Source: Callorhinchus milii | Lineage: Eukaryota | Direction: 5' to 3' | DNA length: 64,000 nt | Assembly: GCF_018977255.1 (NCBI RefSeq) | Contig: NW_024704743.1 | Location: 90,088,001 to 90,152,000 of the forward strand | Shown here: positions 24,906 to 39,224 of the stretch, piece by piece | Layout: every line of letters begins with the position of its first letter | How positions within the stretch are numbered: the stretch's first letter is position 1 | The notes under the pieces: generated by a model | Databases searched by the model: none | What the model saw: the letters and a program-made list of their open reading frames with translations, nothing else | What the model was told of the DNA's origin: nothing | Translations under genes and position numbers: made by a program

Positions 24906-25704
24906 ATACCAGATAGTATAATCATGCCCAGTGTTTTTGGTAAATCCTATCAGAAGGTGGACTATTTGTTCTTTAGGCTGTCTAACGTGTCTACCAGGTA
25001 TCCATGTCTTGATACTGCCTGTCTGAGTTTGGGAGATGTGTCAGTTCTCAGTTTGTCCACGAGATGGGGCATCTTATGGCCTGAATGCATTCAGACTTGG
25101 GAGGCAGAACATAAAGCATGGAAGAGGCCATTCCATGGATCACATAAAAACTACCCCATCATGGGCTTTGCCTCATTCAATTCATCTCCTGTAGTTGTCC
25201 ATCCTAGTCCCCACCTTTACCCACACCCTCCCACATTGGTGTCAAGCCACTAAGCAGTTGAGTGGAAAAACAGGCATTGTTGGGCTCGAATCACACAGCT
25301 GTGAGTATGTTCATGTTCAAATGTGGCTGGAGGCTTGCAGAGGAGAATACAATCCTGCTACTCAGTTAACGGAGTAGGGAGCTAACCGAATATATTGAAG
25401 ATCTTCTATTTGTTTAGGTATCATTTGTTTGCCAATGATCAACTAAAGGATAAAGGATTTATGCAAGTTGGAAAATGCAGCTCATTGCCTTTGAACACCG
25501 AGTAATGGCAATGGGGATGAGCCCAGTCACTGAAACCATGCAGTGTTTTCCTCAGGACTGGTAGGATGTTCAGGGAGTTTAAGATATGCAGATATGCAAT
25601 ACAGCCAAAAAGGGGAACACGCAGAAAATGAAATTTGCTGTCAACCGGTTATTTTGGTGCATTTTCCAAATGATAGTAATTGCAGATATATATGGTACTG
25701 TTAC

Positions 25705-25752
25705 CTGAACCCTAGGGACAAAAGGTGCTGTTCTTCTACTAAGGCTTTGGCT
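25705..25752 (-). CDS. RIMS2: RIMS2 cassette exon (48 nt): SQSLSRRTAPFVPRVQ
   Basis: ttttgcttaccag|AGC ... CAG|gtaaca; phase 0 to 0; resembles the optional SQSLSRRTTPFVPRVQ insert I recall from mammalian RIM2 isoforms. Confidence 0.88.
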
Positions 25753-26084
25753 CTGGTAAGCAAAATTAAACAACAAAGAAAATAAATAAAAACTAAAAAA
25801 GTACGTCCAGAAACAGAAACTGAAAGAGTGCTCTAAAATAAACAGTTACAACAGCAAACATATTACCGTATCGCCCCACAATCCATTTCTTCGATCACTA
25901 CATAAAGGTGACACTGGATTATACAGACAGAAAATAGTTAAACTCTAACACATTTATAACAGGGTGGATCGGGGGAGCCCAAAAAGAGGCATCCACATGG
26001 AAATCATTTTATTTTTTCATTTGGACTCTTTAACACTTAAGGTCTGGGCCTCTACAAAAAGGCATCAATTTAACTGGGCAAATG

Positions 26085-26335
26085 AACCAATAAGGAGGTT
26101 AGGAATTTTTTTTTTAATGCACAGAGTAGTTCAGATATGGAATGCCCTGCCCGGAGTGGTGGTTGAGGCAAAATCCATTTTAGCCTTCAAGAGGTCCTTG
26201 ATAGCTACCTAAAAATGCGTAATATATAGGAGTGTGGGGGAAGGGCAGGTAAATGGGACTGAAAGGATTGCTCTTAAAGGAGCCAGGCATGATGGGCCGA
26301 ATGGCCTCCTTCCATAATGCAAATGTCCATGGTTC
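26085..26335 (+). mobile_element. CR1 3' end fragment
   Basis: tggaatgccctgcc...gagccaggcatgatgggccgaatggcctccttcc. Confidence 0.8.
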
Positions 26336-27289
26336 AACAGTATTCCCAACTTTAGGAATTGGATTGGCAAATGCATCTGATGCAACATTATGAAACAAGA
26401 GATTTGGAAAACTCTATCCAGTGCATCTCGATGTTTAGTTTCATATTTTTCAGACTAGTCTTGGCAACATTCCTGTGATTGTGTTTATACTGATTTCTAA
26501 CCCCCCCAAAAAAAACACCACAAAGTCAAGATACTCAATAAATCAACTGAAAAAGTCCTGGTGAATTAGACAGGGAAGAGATTATAGGGAATATTCAGAG
26601 AGTGCTGACAAGGAGGAAAATGACATCGCACAAATTCATTCCCATTTTGTGATGGGTGATGTGCTAATTATCACAGACTAACATTGAGGTCAAACCAGTT
26701 AACATACTGCAAGAGTAATAGTCCCCCTGCTCAAATTCAGCACAATGAAGCCTGCTCAGATAGTCATTGTCATCCTGCAACCAGCTTTCATTGTACTGAA
26801 ATGGAGGGGTTTGGGGGGGGGGGGTTGGGGCATTGCTGGAAGGCAATAATGATTATCTGGTTTGACCTTCATTTTAATCCACGTGATCATTTATCACCAG
26901 TCTACTGTCACATCAGATTTTTCTCCCCATGGATTCAAAGAAGAAGGGACATAAGGGACAGCCTGGGATTCTAAGTGCAATAGTTTAGCAAGAAACAGAG
27001 CTTCAATTGGGATAGTGAGTGTGAAGTGGATCAACATCAAGGACAATATATAAACATTAGTTTGCCACATTTCTAAATGGAATAAGGAATACTACAGAAA
27101 TTCTCAGATCGTAGATAGCACCGCCCGCACTTCTAGTTACAGGAACGAGTTCCTATTTGAACAATTCAGATTGCTTATTAAGAAATATCGGAGATAGACC
27201 TTTGGATATATGTTATAGCTAATCCCAAGCAAATTTGTGGTCAACATAAACAGAGAGAAAAAAGCTGCATATAATTGATTTATACATAC

Positions 27290-27402
27290 TGAGAGCTGTC
27301 CAGGCAGGAATTGTGGAGCATCTCGCAACATGCTCGGGCTCATTGGAGACGTGACAGAAATAGAGGGTCGGTCCATTTTCTGAGACTCAAAGGAGCTAGA
27401 AC
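27290..27402 (-). CDS. RIMS2: RIMS2 exon (113 nt): (S)SSSFESQKMDRPSISVTSPMSPSMLRDAPQFLPGQLS
   Basis: acacag|GT ... TCA|gtatgt; phase 1 to 0. Confidence 0.95.
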
Positions 27403-27556
27403 CTGTGTGTGCATACGCATAAACATTTCTTTAAAAGAATCCACATCCTTTATTCTTAACAGCAGAAGTATTAACAGTAAATACATGTTTTAGCATATGC
27501 ATAAAACAATCTAGAACAAAAGCACTGCTCCAGAGGACAGTAATAATCAAACTTAC

Positions 27557-27603
27557 TTGACTCTAGCTGTCCATGAGTGCTGTCTGGTATCCGGGGAATA
27601 TCC
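27557..27603 (-). CDS. RIMS2: RIMS2 exon (47 nt): (G)DIPRIPDSTHGQLES(S)
   Basis: catttag|G ... CAA|gtaagt; phase 2 to 1. Confidence 0.95.
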
Positions 27604-28646
27604 CTAAATGTTACAAGGAAACAGGAAGATCTGGTGATTACGCCATGTTCCAATGTCAAAAATACCATTTCATCAAAAACATAAACTCTGATTTTTTTTA
27701 AATTGAAGACCCCAGGTGAAGGAATTTGACTTAAGCCAAACCCAAAGGAGTACCACTATGAGAAAGCATGCTGTATCCTTTGCCAGGACCAGCTGTCCTT
27801 AAGGCCTCTTGAAGTGAGAGTGGCAGTTTAATGTCTACCTTTCCTAAATTATAATAATCCTTGCATTTGATTTAGTGCCTTTGATATAGAGCCGCTGGAA
27901 AAAATGTCTCAAAGCGTTTTACAGGATTTAGTGTAAAATGTAGTGAGTGTATTTTGTAGACAAATGTGGCAGTTAATTTGCAATGTCCCACAAAAATCCA
28001 TGTAGTGTTATGAGAAGATCTATGTTGTGGGCTCACACACACGAGGAATAGATTTCATATTTGACTCATCTTACTGCACTAATACTGTGTTCATTCCAGT
28101 TATGAACCAGTCCTTGCATTTCATATAACACCCTTCAAATTCACAAAATAGTTTAAAATATTTTGCAGGATTTACTGTAAAGTGTGGTGATTGTGTATTG
28201 TATATTGTATATGCAAACACAACAATATAACATGAATTTGCATTTATATACCACCTTACATGTTGGGAGGACATCCATAGCCTCACTGTGCTGCTATCAG
28301 CAGTGCCCTAGAATACTGCAGATCCGCCTGGCTCAGAAACTGGACCACCGAGACCGGCACAGAGGATTGGCTCAATTCTGACATTCCATCACCAAACATA
28401 TTACCTTGGAGCCAGTTCAGCTCCAAGGAGACCCAGTTTATCCTTTTCCTTAAGGAGCCAATAAATTTAAGCAGTCTTGCATAGACTTAAGAATGATTTA
28501 TTACCACAATATTGCCATGAATGGATATGCAGTACGGCTGAGGATTTATGAACACAGTGCTTAAGAATTTGAAAAGTGCAGTAAAAAGACATTCATTACC
28601 CTAGTTAAATAGGAACTAGTTTGATGTCAACAAAGAAGCTACTCAC

Positions 28647-28770
28647 CCGATAGGCCGTGAAACTAATAGCTCCACTTGTTGCTCAGGTTTGGATTCAAGA
28701 ATGATGTTGTACACCTCCTCAAAAGTGGCTCCTTGCAATGACCTGCCGTTCCATTCTAGCACTTCATCAC
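28647..28770 (-). CDS. RIMS2: RIMS2 exon, PDZ end (124 nt): (G)DEVLEWNGRSLQGATFEEVYNIILESKPEQQVELLVSRPI(G)
   Basis: aattttag|GT ... CGG|gtgagt; phase 1 to 2. Confidence 0.96.
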
Positions 28771-29694
28771 CTAAAATTGAACAGTTTGCAATCAAAATAA
28801 CAGATTAGGTGAAACAGTAATGTAGAATCATTAAGCACGCTTAGGAAAAACTACAATTTTGCTTCAGTCCCATCAAATGACTGGCTTTAAGATTATGCAG
28901 TACAAGACAGCATTATGGGATAATCCTGGATCTGTACAAAGATACAAAATCCTTGTCAGGTTTTGAACAGGATCTACACCAGATTAAACAATTTGTAAAT
29001 CTTAACCCCTGCCCAAGTGAAAAAGTTGCAAAAGTCCATTCATGACATTCCGCAGGACCCAAAGGTGAAAGCCCAAATTTATTGTATGTCTATCCAAGTT
29101 AACTAATGCGTACATTAAACTATTTTCCACTGGACTTAACACTGGAGGTTAAGGGATAAGTTAGAATTGTTTTCTAATTCATAAATGATTTTAATAGACC
29201 AAATGGAGAAAAAATATTTCCACTAATCAGTGAATCAATAACAAGTGATCATAAATTAAAGATTATCAAAGAAAAAGGGTGAGAAAAACAGATTTATAAG
29301 GAGGATTTTTGGAATATGGAAAATGTTACATTGGAAGAGATAATACCAGCATAGACATTTGTTGTGCTTCGTCTCTACTTTCTGATAAGAAACCAATTCC
29401 AATAGATCAGATTACTTAGAAAACCCACCCAAATCAAAGAATAGTCAACTCAAATTCAAAATAGAGGGCTTGCAGTTTCAAAATGGTTTCTTGGTTTGAA
29501 CATTTTCAAAAAAAGTCTGGCTCTATAATACTGTTCCTTCCCTAGTGGTTAATTTCAATGGAATATACTGGGCAGATTTTACAAAGTTTCACTGCAAAGC
29601 ACTGTTGGGAAAACCCTGATTACAAATGCTAGAGAAACCTGAATTATAAGAATGGGTGATAATAGAAGACCATAAAGGATCAGAAAGAGGGCAC

Positions 29695-29794
29695 CTGGTC
29701 TGAGATGTCCCACGGTGTCCGCTAAACTTCCTTTCTTCACCTTGGTAATGAATGCACAGAGTCTCCCAGTCTCAGTCATCTTTCCCCCCACAAC
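29695..29794 (-). CDS. RIMS2: RIMS2 exon, PDZ (100 nt): VVGGKMTETGRLCAFITKVKKGSLADTVGHLRP(G)
   Basis: ctgaacag|GTT ... CAG|gtgccc (weak donor); phase 0 to 1. Confidence 0.95.
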
Positions 29795-30299
29795 CTGTTC
29801 AGAAGAAAAAGTGTGCAGATACTTCATTTAATATCAACTTAATTTAAATATATCTATTATCTATCTGCAGACTCTGTCTCCCACCCCATATTATTCTATG
29901 ACACAGCATTTCTGTTTAGAACAAACCGCATCACTGAAACCCCTTATAGATTTACTTTGCATTCTCAAGCAGATTTTTCTAATACACCATGTCACTGGAC
30001 TCACAAACATCTATACCATTTATACCACAACAGTATAGCTAAAAGGTGGCAGAAGAGAAAGTTTGAATGTGGTTAGTTTAAATGTGCTTTGAATGTAATA
30101 TTTCAATTACATGTGCAGTTTTACTATCATTTTATTGAGTGGAATAGTCAGAGAGGATTCACTCTTATCTAGAATGGGTTACCAAGAAAATTGGTCACTC
30201 CAGAACACCACCCCGTGTGAAGAGCGCTATATAAATGCAAGTAGTAGTTGTTGTTGAAGTCAGGTTACTGGATTCCCTTAATCATGGGTACTGGATTTC

Positions 30300-30372
30300 C
30301 TGCCTGACCTGCTGAGTGCTCCCAGTGACTTCTGTTTTTATTTCAGATTTCCAGCATGTGCAGTATTTTGCC
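30300..30372 (+). mobile_element. Short fragment of an abundant chondrichthyan repeat terminus (Penelope-like, recalled)
   Basis: tgcctgacctgctgagt...ttctgtttttatttcagatttccagcatgtgcagtattttgc. Confidence 0.5.
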
Positions 30373-30913
30373 TATGGAATTTTTAATGTCCACCTGGGCA
30401 GACAGATGGGTTCTGGTGCAATTGAATCAAAAGGGATGAAGTTCTTTCTTTGAACCTATCCTAGGATCTGTGAGAAATATAAGTCTAAGTGGAATATTAG
30501 AAGCAATCATTTACTGTAGTAGTCAGATGGGATCTAGCATTATTTGCACCCATAGTTTGCTAAATGACTCATCCTCTAAGGATCCATAATGTAATACATT
30601 ACATGTTCCTCCAAATTAATATTAATTTAATATTATCCACTCCTATTTAATAGCAATATTGGGTGATGGTTATTAACATTTCCCTGTATTGCACTGGAAT
30701 TTGGGGGTTCGGTGCCACACTCATCCAGCCAGACTTAAACGTGAAAGCAGGACACTATTGACTTAATCGAATTGGGATAAACATGATTACCGCCAATTGG
30801 TAGCACATTGGTTGTTAAATTCACAAAACTCTTTTTTGACATTCAAAAGCTCTAATGGACCAACTGACAATGTTCAAGGATTGCTTGTTGATCCAAGATT
30901 AGACAGTTCATAT

Positions 30914-31567
30914 AACAACAACTTGCATTTATATAATGCCCACCCTCATGCAGGATAACGTCCCAGAACACTTGACAGTGGTCGAGCATGATGTCTAGCA
31001 GGGGGATGGGAAGGTGACCACAGGCATAGTCGAAGAGGAAGGTCTGCAGGCGCAACCTGAAGATGGGGAAGGAAGGGCAAGACTGAGGGATAGAGGAAGA
31101 GTATTCCAGAGTTTTGGGGCATAGTGGCTGAAAGCACGGCCACTGATGGTGGAACGGAGGGCATGAGGGACATGCAGAAGGCTGGAGCCAATCGAGAGGA
31201 GGCAGCGGATAGTGGGTTGGGGGTAGGGAGTTACCAGGACTGCCAGGGCATGAAGGGATTTAAAACAATGTGAGGATCTTCAAATCGATCCGTTCGACAA
31301 TAGGGAGCCTGGGTAGGACTGGTCTGTTGGGTGAACAGAGTTTAGTACGGGTGAGTATGTGGGTGGCGGAGTTTTGGATTAGCTGGATCTTGTGCAATGG
31401 TGGAGCTGGGGAGACCAGCAAAGGGAGCATTTGAAAAGTCGAGTCTGGAGGTGACGAATGTATTTGGGGTAAGGTATGGTCGGAGGCGAGCAATGTCACG
31501 AAGGTGGAGGAAGGCGGTCCTAGTCAGGGACCAGATGTGGGGAAGGAGGACAGTTGTGAGTCGAACC
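30914..31567 (-). mobile_element. Diverged L2 3' fragment
   Basis: ORF 31260..31499 contains LHKIQLIQNSATHILTRT...RIDLKILTL; (TTG)n tail. Confidence 0.85.
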
Positions 31568-33347
31568 TGACAGCTATGGTCTATATATGCATATTATAAT
31601 AATTCTTATATTTAACCCATTTCACATCAGGAGGACTTCGCAAAACACTTTAGAGGATATACTGTAAAGTTTAGTGACTGTGTGTTTTGTAAGTTTAAAA
31701 TTAAATGTATTGTGGGAGTGTGAATCAATCTGGAATGAAACACTTCTCAATGTGGCTCAGCTAGTCCTTCTCCAACATGATTCGCTTCCAGATCACACAG
31801 TGCAAACCTGATTTATCCTATCGTTTATGATGTCAGTTAGATGCCATGTTCACACCAAGATGGATACAGGACTGCAAACATGACTAAGATCATCCAACAG
31901 AAGTTGCACTCATAAGATCATGGGAAATTATGAGCCATTTAGCCCAGCACTAAGCTGTATTAGTATTGTTGACAGTGGCACTACTACAGCATAATGGTAA
32001 TGCACTACCAATAAAGCTTGACCTGTTACATCCTCAATCAGCTTCTGATGTGCGAGTTCTAAAAAAAAATGCTGTTCGGAATTACACTGGAATTTTAGTT
32101 CTTTCCCTCCCCTCACAAAAAAAGGGTCATTGTGTTAAGTAGCGATCCTAAAATCACAAAGTGCAAATGATCCCTTTCATGAATTGAGGGTGAACATAAA
32201 AATCCCTTCAGTTTTCAGTTTTCAGAAAGCAATTAACAGCAGGATTACACATACAGCAAAAACAAATACAATTAGAAAGGAAATAGAAACAGTGAGGTAT
32301 TTTTTCCCAGCAAAAAGACATTTTTCACCCTCAAATTGAAATCTTTCAGGAACCTTCCAGCTCCTGTCTTACGTCACGTAACACAACAAGCCAAACAATG
32401 TACAAAGAGAATTATGCAGCAAATTTATGCCAAGAAGCATAAGAAAGAAGAAACTTATTAATAATTTTTAAAAATCTTGTAAAATTCACAGGATTACATC
32501 AGGATGCAAAAGAGCCTCAGAGTAGATCAAATGAAAGCTTTACAGTGGTTTCTGAAATCCTAATTAAGAAAAAAACATTTCTCAGTAAGTTTAATTCAAG
32601 AGAATTATTTTAAAACAGGACATCCCCAGGACATCCCCTCCACCCCGAAAAGGGATATTTGCATAAAATTTATAGAGGTAAATCTCTGGAACAATCTGCA
32701 AAAATATTTTTAAAAATCTTTCAACAATGAGGTTTTGGCCACAAAATATACAGTGAATTCATTTTACAGTATATTCTGTGAAGCGCTTTGAAACATCTCG
32801 AAGATGTGATAAGGTGCTATATCAAATGCAAGGATTATTATTATCATTATAATAATGTGAAATGAAAAATTGGCCCTCTGGATTTTAGGTGATCTTAATT
32901 TATCTCTTTAAGAGAATAAAACATTGGTGAGAAAAATTCCACATTTCATGTATTTTTTAATATTACTTGAAATGGCTATATTTGGCTAAGAGATAAAACT
33001 AAATGAAGGCAAACAGCTGATGAACGAAACACGATCTAATATCTATAAATTTGTGGTTTATCTAGTGCTAAAGGCTTACTTATCACAGTGGTTTAGCCAG
33101 TCTATTAAAACAATTGCATATGAGCAATGAAGTGGTAATGTGAAAAAGTTAATCCAGTTTTAAATACCATCATTAATAAGCATTAGGGTAAATGTAGGAA
33201 ATGTAATGATCTGATTAGAGAAATTTCTTCAAGATGTCTTACAATATTTACACAGTATCTCATAGTTCGCTTACAAAAGACGCACTTTGCAGTATGTCCT
33301 GTAAAGCGCTATCAGATGTTCTCCCGACATGAAAATAATAAATATAA

Positions 33348-33621
33348 AATAATATTCCTTGCATCTGATATTCACAGAATATACTGTAAAGTGAATTGTC
33401 TGTGTATTTTATGGGTAAAACGCGGCAGCCAATTACGCACAGCAGTGTCCCGCAAACAATCGTGGATTGAGTGACCAAATTATTATTGGGTTTTTTTCTT
33501 GAGGGATTATTATCAGGCATGTGGAATAAGGAAACTTGCCCAAGGTTTCACCCTGCCGGGAATCAAACCCAGGTCTCTCGCTTGCGAGGCGAGTGCTCTA
33601 ACCGATGAGCTACAGGAGTCC
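33348..33621 (-). mobile_element. tRNA-Ala-derived SINE, tail-to-tail with a plus-strand tail fragment at about 33280-33345
   Basis: Head reverse complement gggaatcaaacccaggtctctcgcttgcgaggcgagtgctctaaccgatgagctacagg; family body. Confidence 0.88.
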
Positions 33622-36600
33622 TAATGAAGGCACTAGATTAAATGCCTGGATGAGTTATTTTATTTATTTACACCTGGGAATATGTACTCAGAATGAAGAT
33701 GCATACACGAGGAAGAAGGTGACTAAAGGGGTGTACATGATGGGAATAGGAGGGATGGAGGCTTGTGTGACCCTTGTCCTTGTTGTATCACTCTATGAAG
33801 AGGTAACTTCCGTGGAATTCTAGGTTGAAATAAACTAGAGTGGCCATTGTGTTTTGCCAGATAGCTGCAGGCCCTACATTATAATCAACTTCACCACAAA
33901 ATCACTGATGTCACTGTGCCTCCACAGCGCACCAATGATAATACTTTTGGATACAGAGGGCTTAGGTTTAGGATTGCAAAGGGATATTTCATTCCATGAA
34001 GTATATCTTTACCCAGAGGGTAAATAAATACATTGAACGCATTAAATAAAACAGCTTGGTGCTGTGATGGCATAAACCTCTTAAATGTATTTAAGAAGAA
34101 ATGTCATGCATACATGAGGGAAAAGAAAATAGAAAGGTTTGGGAGAGACGATTAAGAGAGGTGGAGGCTCAGGTACAGTATAAACTCTAAGAAATGACCT
34201 AATGGCCTATTTCCATGCTGTAACATTCCATTTGAGGACAGTAGGGTGGGAATTCTGGAAGGATAAGATCAAATGGCTCGAAGGGTCTTCTTCAACCAAA
34301 CCTCTCTTGTGATCGTGTGAAAAAAAGCAAGATATTCCTGCTGCAACTATCGGTAGTGGCTTTGAGTGTTTACGCTTATGATGCAAAAGGAATTCCAATC
34401 TCAAAGCATATTTAATACAAATAAGCTACATACTATAAAACGAATAACAGAAAACTGGCAGTGAGTTTAAAGCAGTGATTCAATTTTGAGTTGTGCTGAG
34501 GTTTGTAAATCAGTCAGGTGCAACTCCCAAGTTGTGCAATATTGCCTCAGCCACTCGATTCGTTCTGAACCTTAAACCTGCTGTCAGTTTTCTACAGAAT
34601 AATGTTTTATTACATTTTCCACACAGTGTAAACGTCAATGTACTTTTTGTGGGAGGTATTTGGTTTTATTTGCTTAAGTAGCATCTGAGAAAAATTGTGA
34701 AAAGGAATGCTTTAAAAGTCTTTACTGGTTTTGCATGTCTAACACAATGCTAGCTTAATTTGTGGGTTAAAAGAAAGTACCAGCATTTAGCAACTTCTTT
34801 TAGGAGCACAGTTTAATGGCTCATCTAAAGGATGCCCTCCCCAAACAATTCAATACTTCTCCGGCACTGCTACAAAGAGGTTCATGAAGTTTAAAGTAAA
34901 AAAATTGCATAGCACTTCTACATGTCATAATTCTTAGAGCTTCACAGGTAATTACCGTCAGGGATAGTTTTTTTGGGAGGCAAACACGGCAGCCATTTGC
35001 ATCAGTAATGTCCCAGAAACAGCTATGAGGTGAATGGCCAATTTATTCAGAGGTTTGTCACACCAAGAGAAAATATTTTCTCTTCCTGAGTGTCATAGGG
35101 TCTTTAATCTGAAGAACAGGCAGACGTGGCCTCATATACAACACAAAGCTCCTTATTCGGCACATTTTTCTGTGCACTGAAAGGCACTGCAGCTAAGTCT
35201 TCAAGTAGCAGCAGTGAAACAGTTTATATTCTCAACCCACTGACACTGTGTAATGAGGTTTGGGTGAACTCAGAGGAGCTCATGAGCAGGGCATCAGCAG
35301 TGAAATATAATATCAGTATAACCTCATCTGACTCTGCTGAGCTGCCAAGCAGATTGGAACAGATGTGAATACATCAGTAATTGTTTCAGCAGATCACAAA
35401 ACCAGGAGTGAGCCAGCAGACCTGGCCTCAGACACACGGGAAAGCTGGGCTTGATGAGGATTTTAAAGTGTTTTTAATTATTAATATTCTATATGCTATA
35501 CAATTTTATTATGCCCTGATAATCCCATTCTTTCATTGTTTAGTTCTGTCGCCTCGGGATTCAAAGGTCAGGGTTATTTCAAGTAAATTTCAATTGCTAT
35601 TTCAAGGAAAGACAGAGTCATTCTTTCAAATACCCTGGTTTATATACCACTGATCATCCAAATACATCCCACTACAATGCAGTGGAACACTAATTTACTT
35701 ATAATGGGGTCACACTGTGGACCTCTTTCATTGCAAATGTGCTCAGCCTGTCTGATCACTTCCTGTCACCTGCCAGGTTTTCCCACTAATATGGCTGACT
35801 TCCAGTCATTAGATAGCCATTGACATCACTTCCTGCTTTGCACAAGCATACGGTCTAACATTTCAGAAGTCGGCTGTACGTAGGCACATTAAAGCCCACT
35901 ATTGAGCCTCTTTATAACTTGGTTCGGGAACTTATGGATCCCAAACACAGTGTTTTAACGCAGCTGCATTGTAAATGGCTGTTCATCTCATTGGGGCGAA
36001 TGGGATTTATGGTGCCGATCAGCTGCCACGTTTGCCTATATAACACTGATTCCATTTCACATCAATTAAATAAGTTCTCGTTCTTAATATGTATATCGTA
36101 GGCCTATGAAATCGGTCATGCACTTCTTGGGCAATCTATGGAACATTGCTGTGTGCAAATTGGCGGCTGCATTCACCTACACCATGGTCAGTATACTTTA
36201 CAGTAAATTCTTGAGAAGCCCTTTGAGATGTTTGACAATGTGATAAAGCACTATATCAAATGCAATTATTATTATTATTAGTTATATTTTGTATAACACT
36301 TTGAGACATTAAATTTTACTGGAAAGGTGCTCTATAATTTTTTTTACTATTATGTAGTTTAAAAACCTAAATACAATATTTCTGGAGTGATTTATATTTT
36401 TTACATACTGTAAATGATTCAAGGAGAAAGATGTTAATCCTCTGAAATTGGATGTTCTCTATTATTCTTTGCATTGGGAGAATTCTGTGAGCATTATGCT
36501 AAGCCTTTGGCTTGCAATGTTAACAGGAGCGTGGAATGAATCCCTAAATCTAGTGACTGGTCCTGCTTATGAGCCAAGCTGGCTGGTCTGCCATCAGCAG

Positions 36601-37396
36601 TGTCCTGGCTCAGAAACTGGATACTGAGATCATCACATAGGGTTGACTTGATTCTGACATTCTATTACCAACCTCGGCAGCTCAGCTTACCCAGTTTACC
36701 TCCCCCCGCCTTGCCCAAGGATAGTCACCACTTGGTTACAAATTGATGCAAAACAGTTTGTTTTATGCTGTTATTTGCTCCAAGAAATAAACAGTGAATA
36801 ACTTTGGACACCAGCTTATCACATTCCAATGTGAAATTTGCATCATTCATAATGCATTCTTTGTCATAAAGTTCACATAATAAAGTCTCACCAATTGAGG
36901 AATTCTAACGCTGTGCTAGTAAACACCCCCCAAATTCCACTCGATCCTTTTTTGCGTTTTTTTAAAACAAAATCACTACCAATTTGGATTTCAGACTTGA
37001 CTTGTAATTCTGGAGAAAGCATTTAAGTGCTCCTTCATTGGATATTTAATTGGTATCCTGTCTTCAGCTGCAAACACAATGCTGATTTTAGTGAGCGAGA
37101 AGCAGTAACAAAGCAGAGAAATCCTCAAGTGCAACCATTACACCAAAGTCATCATTTCCCTGCTCTCCTCCGATCCCCACAACCTCAGCACCACGAATGT
37201 GCTCCCTGAAGATTTCTCTTCTTCAATACTGCTCCAAACTAAAATAGGAATACTGTAATTTGATCTCTATGTGCTGTTATTAACAAATGAGTTCTGTGAG
37301 GCAATTCCTCAGTTACAACCAGTGAGTTATTAGAATGCGAAACAATTTATTTGCTGAGTTGAGAAGCAAAGGGACGATTTGTTCAAAAGGGCAGAT

Positions 37397-37545
37397 GTAC
37401 AATACAATGCAAAATTATATTTGTAAAGCGCCTTTCTCATCGGGAGGATGTCCCAAGGCGCTGAACAGTCAGGGATTAGGTCCCGAGCAGGGGGGCGTTG
37501 GGATCAGGGAGAGTGGAGGGCAGAGAGGGTAGCCAAAGGCACAGA
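37397..37545 (-). mobile_element. L2 3' tail fragment
   Basis: tacaatacaat...gcgcctttctcatcgggaggatgtcccaaggcgctgaacagtc. Confidence 0.8.
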
Positions 37546-37853
37546 GCACAATGTAGCACAATTTCCACAGGACTACAGTTAGTATCACTCAGTATACGAA
37601 TGAAAGTGGGTCTGAAGCTGAACTGTTCACCACTAAGATACTGGTTATGTGTTTGAAGTAAATGTCAGGGTTTAGCAGACATTCCATTAGTTAAAGGAAA
37701 CATACATTTAAATCAGAGGTAAAACAGAGAGACAAGAATGCATTTATTGTGCATTTGTTTTTTTAAACGGCTTAAGAAAAAATGTGCAAGTGTTGTCCGT
37801 TTTCAGGTTCGCAGGTTGTCGCTGTGTGGTAGTGTAATAGGATTTAAACCTAC

Positions 37854-37973
37854 CTTCAGTCCCAGCAATGCTCCAGAGTCACGAGGCACACTACCATCTT
37901 TGAGACGTTTATTTAACAGAATCCGACCAATAAGGCGATCTCCATCTTTGGAAGGTTGCCACGTCACGGGATG
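37854..37973 (-). CDS. RIMS2: RIMS2 exon, PDZ start (120 nt): HPVTWQPSKDGDRLIGRILLNKRLKDGSVPRDSGALLGLK
   Basis: ctcatag|CAT ... AAG|gtaggt; phase 0 to 0; 40 codons; not in the ORF track. Confidence 0.96.
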
Positions 37974-39015
37974 CTATGAGATCAAAGATTAACATATGGG
38001 TCTTTAATATCCAGACACTCCTAGCACGCTCGAGTAGTTCATTATTTCAAAATTCACCTTTGTCATTTCCTTCCACATTTAGAACAAAATTGCAATTACA
38101 CAAACCTTTTGGTTTATTTATTAATTTCGGCTTCCGAATTCAACTCAAGCCCACATTTAGCTTGAAAGTAGTATTGGGATGATTTCAACTTTGGGGGATT
38201 TTCATAAACTGGAAGAGATTTCCACATTGCCTTTTTTGATTTTGATATAGCGCCTTATCGCGTCTTTGAGACGTCTCAAAGCATTTCACAGAATATGTTG
38301 TAAAATGAATTGACTGTATATTTTGTAGGCGAAGCTTGTGTAATTACAAGAGCCAGTTGTTTCAGTTCATGCTTATGTTCATGCGCAGTAAAAAGCAGGC
38401 AAGGGCAAGACTGCGCAGTAACATCCACCACCCTGTCACACCAAAAACCACCACTGACACTGCATCCTGCAAATTTCGTTTAAGCAAATAGCGGGTACCA
38501 AAGCAGACAGCAGAACAGATTCTATTACAACATCTACCAAAATGTCACTGCACCAAAATAAATTTACATACACAACAGTGGAAGGGAAAAAAGAAAAACA
38601 CAATTCTGTGCAAAACAGATCCAACTTTTCCTCTGTCTGCGTTTTTTTATATATACATTATAATAATTTTATGTTGTCACTTTAAGGGGATATTTTAAGA
38701 AGATCTTTAATTATAAATTCAGAAAAATCAATGTTTAGAAGTTTAAACAAATAAATATATTCCTGAATAACAACACAAAACATTTAGAAAAAGACTATCA
38801 TGCAGGTTTAGAACTGAACATTCCTGTTTGCCTCTAAAAATAAACAAGATTTAACTGTTTCAGCAATAACAAGCAGATTTGTATTTCTTTACTATTATCT
38901 GCACCTTTGCAGGTGCGGATTTATCTCTGGAAAGTTCTGTCCCTTTAAAATCAGTGACAGAGAGCAAACAAAGACCAAATGAGCAGGTAGAATGCAGGCT
39001 ATACAGACTTAGTAC

Positions 39016-39224
39016 CTTCTCGCTATGGTTATGTTCCTCGTTTAGTGTTGTGCTACTGCACGTATCTACCCCAGAGTCTTTAATCTGAGGCTCAGACCAT
39101 TCCAAGTCCTCTTCCAATGAGTGGCCACCAAATCGCACCATTTTCTTTTGCCTCTCAGACAAGGTGTTAGAGTCCGACAATACTGCCTGCTCACTAGTTT
39201 TTCTTTTTCCCCTTTGACTGTTCC
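39016..39224 (-). CDS. RIMS2: RIMS2 alternative exon B (209 nt, phase 1 to 0): (G)NSQRGKRKTSEQAVLSDSNTLSERQKKMVRFGGHSLEEDLEWSEPQIKDSGVDTCSSTTLNEEHNHSEK
   Basis: Acceptor cgcctgtag|GG and donor AAG|gtacta. Matches the RIM2 pre-PDZ segment; visible in ORF 38860..39270. Confidence 0.93.
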
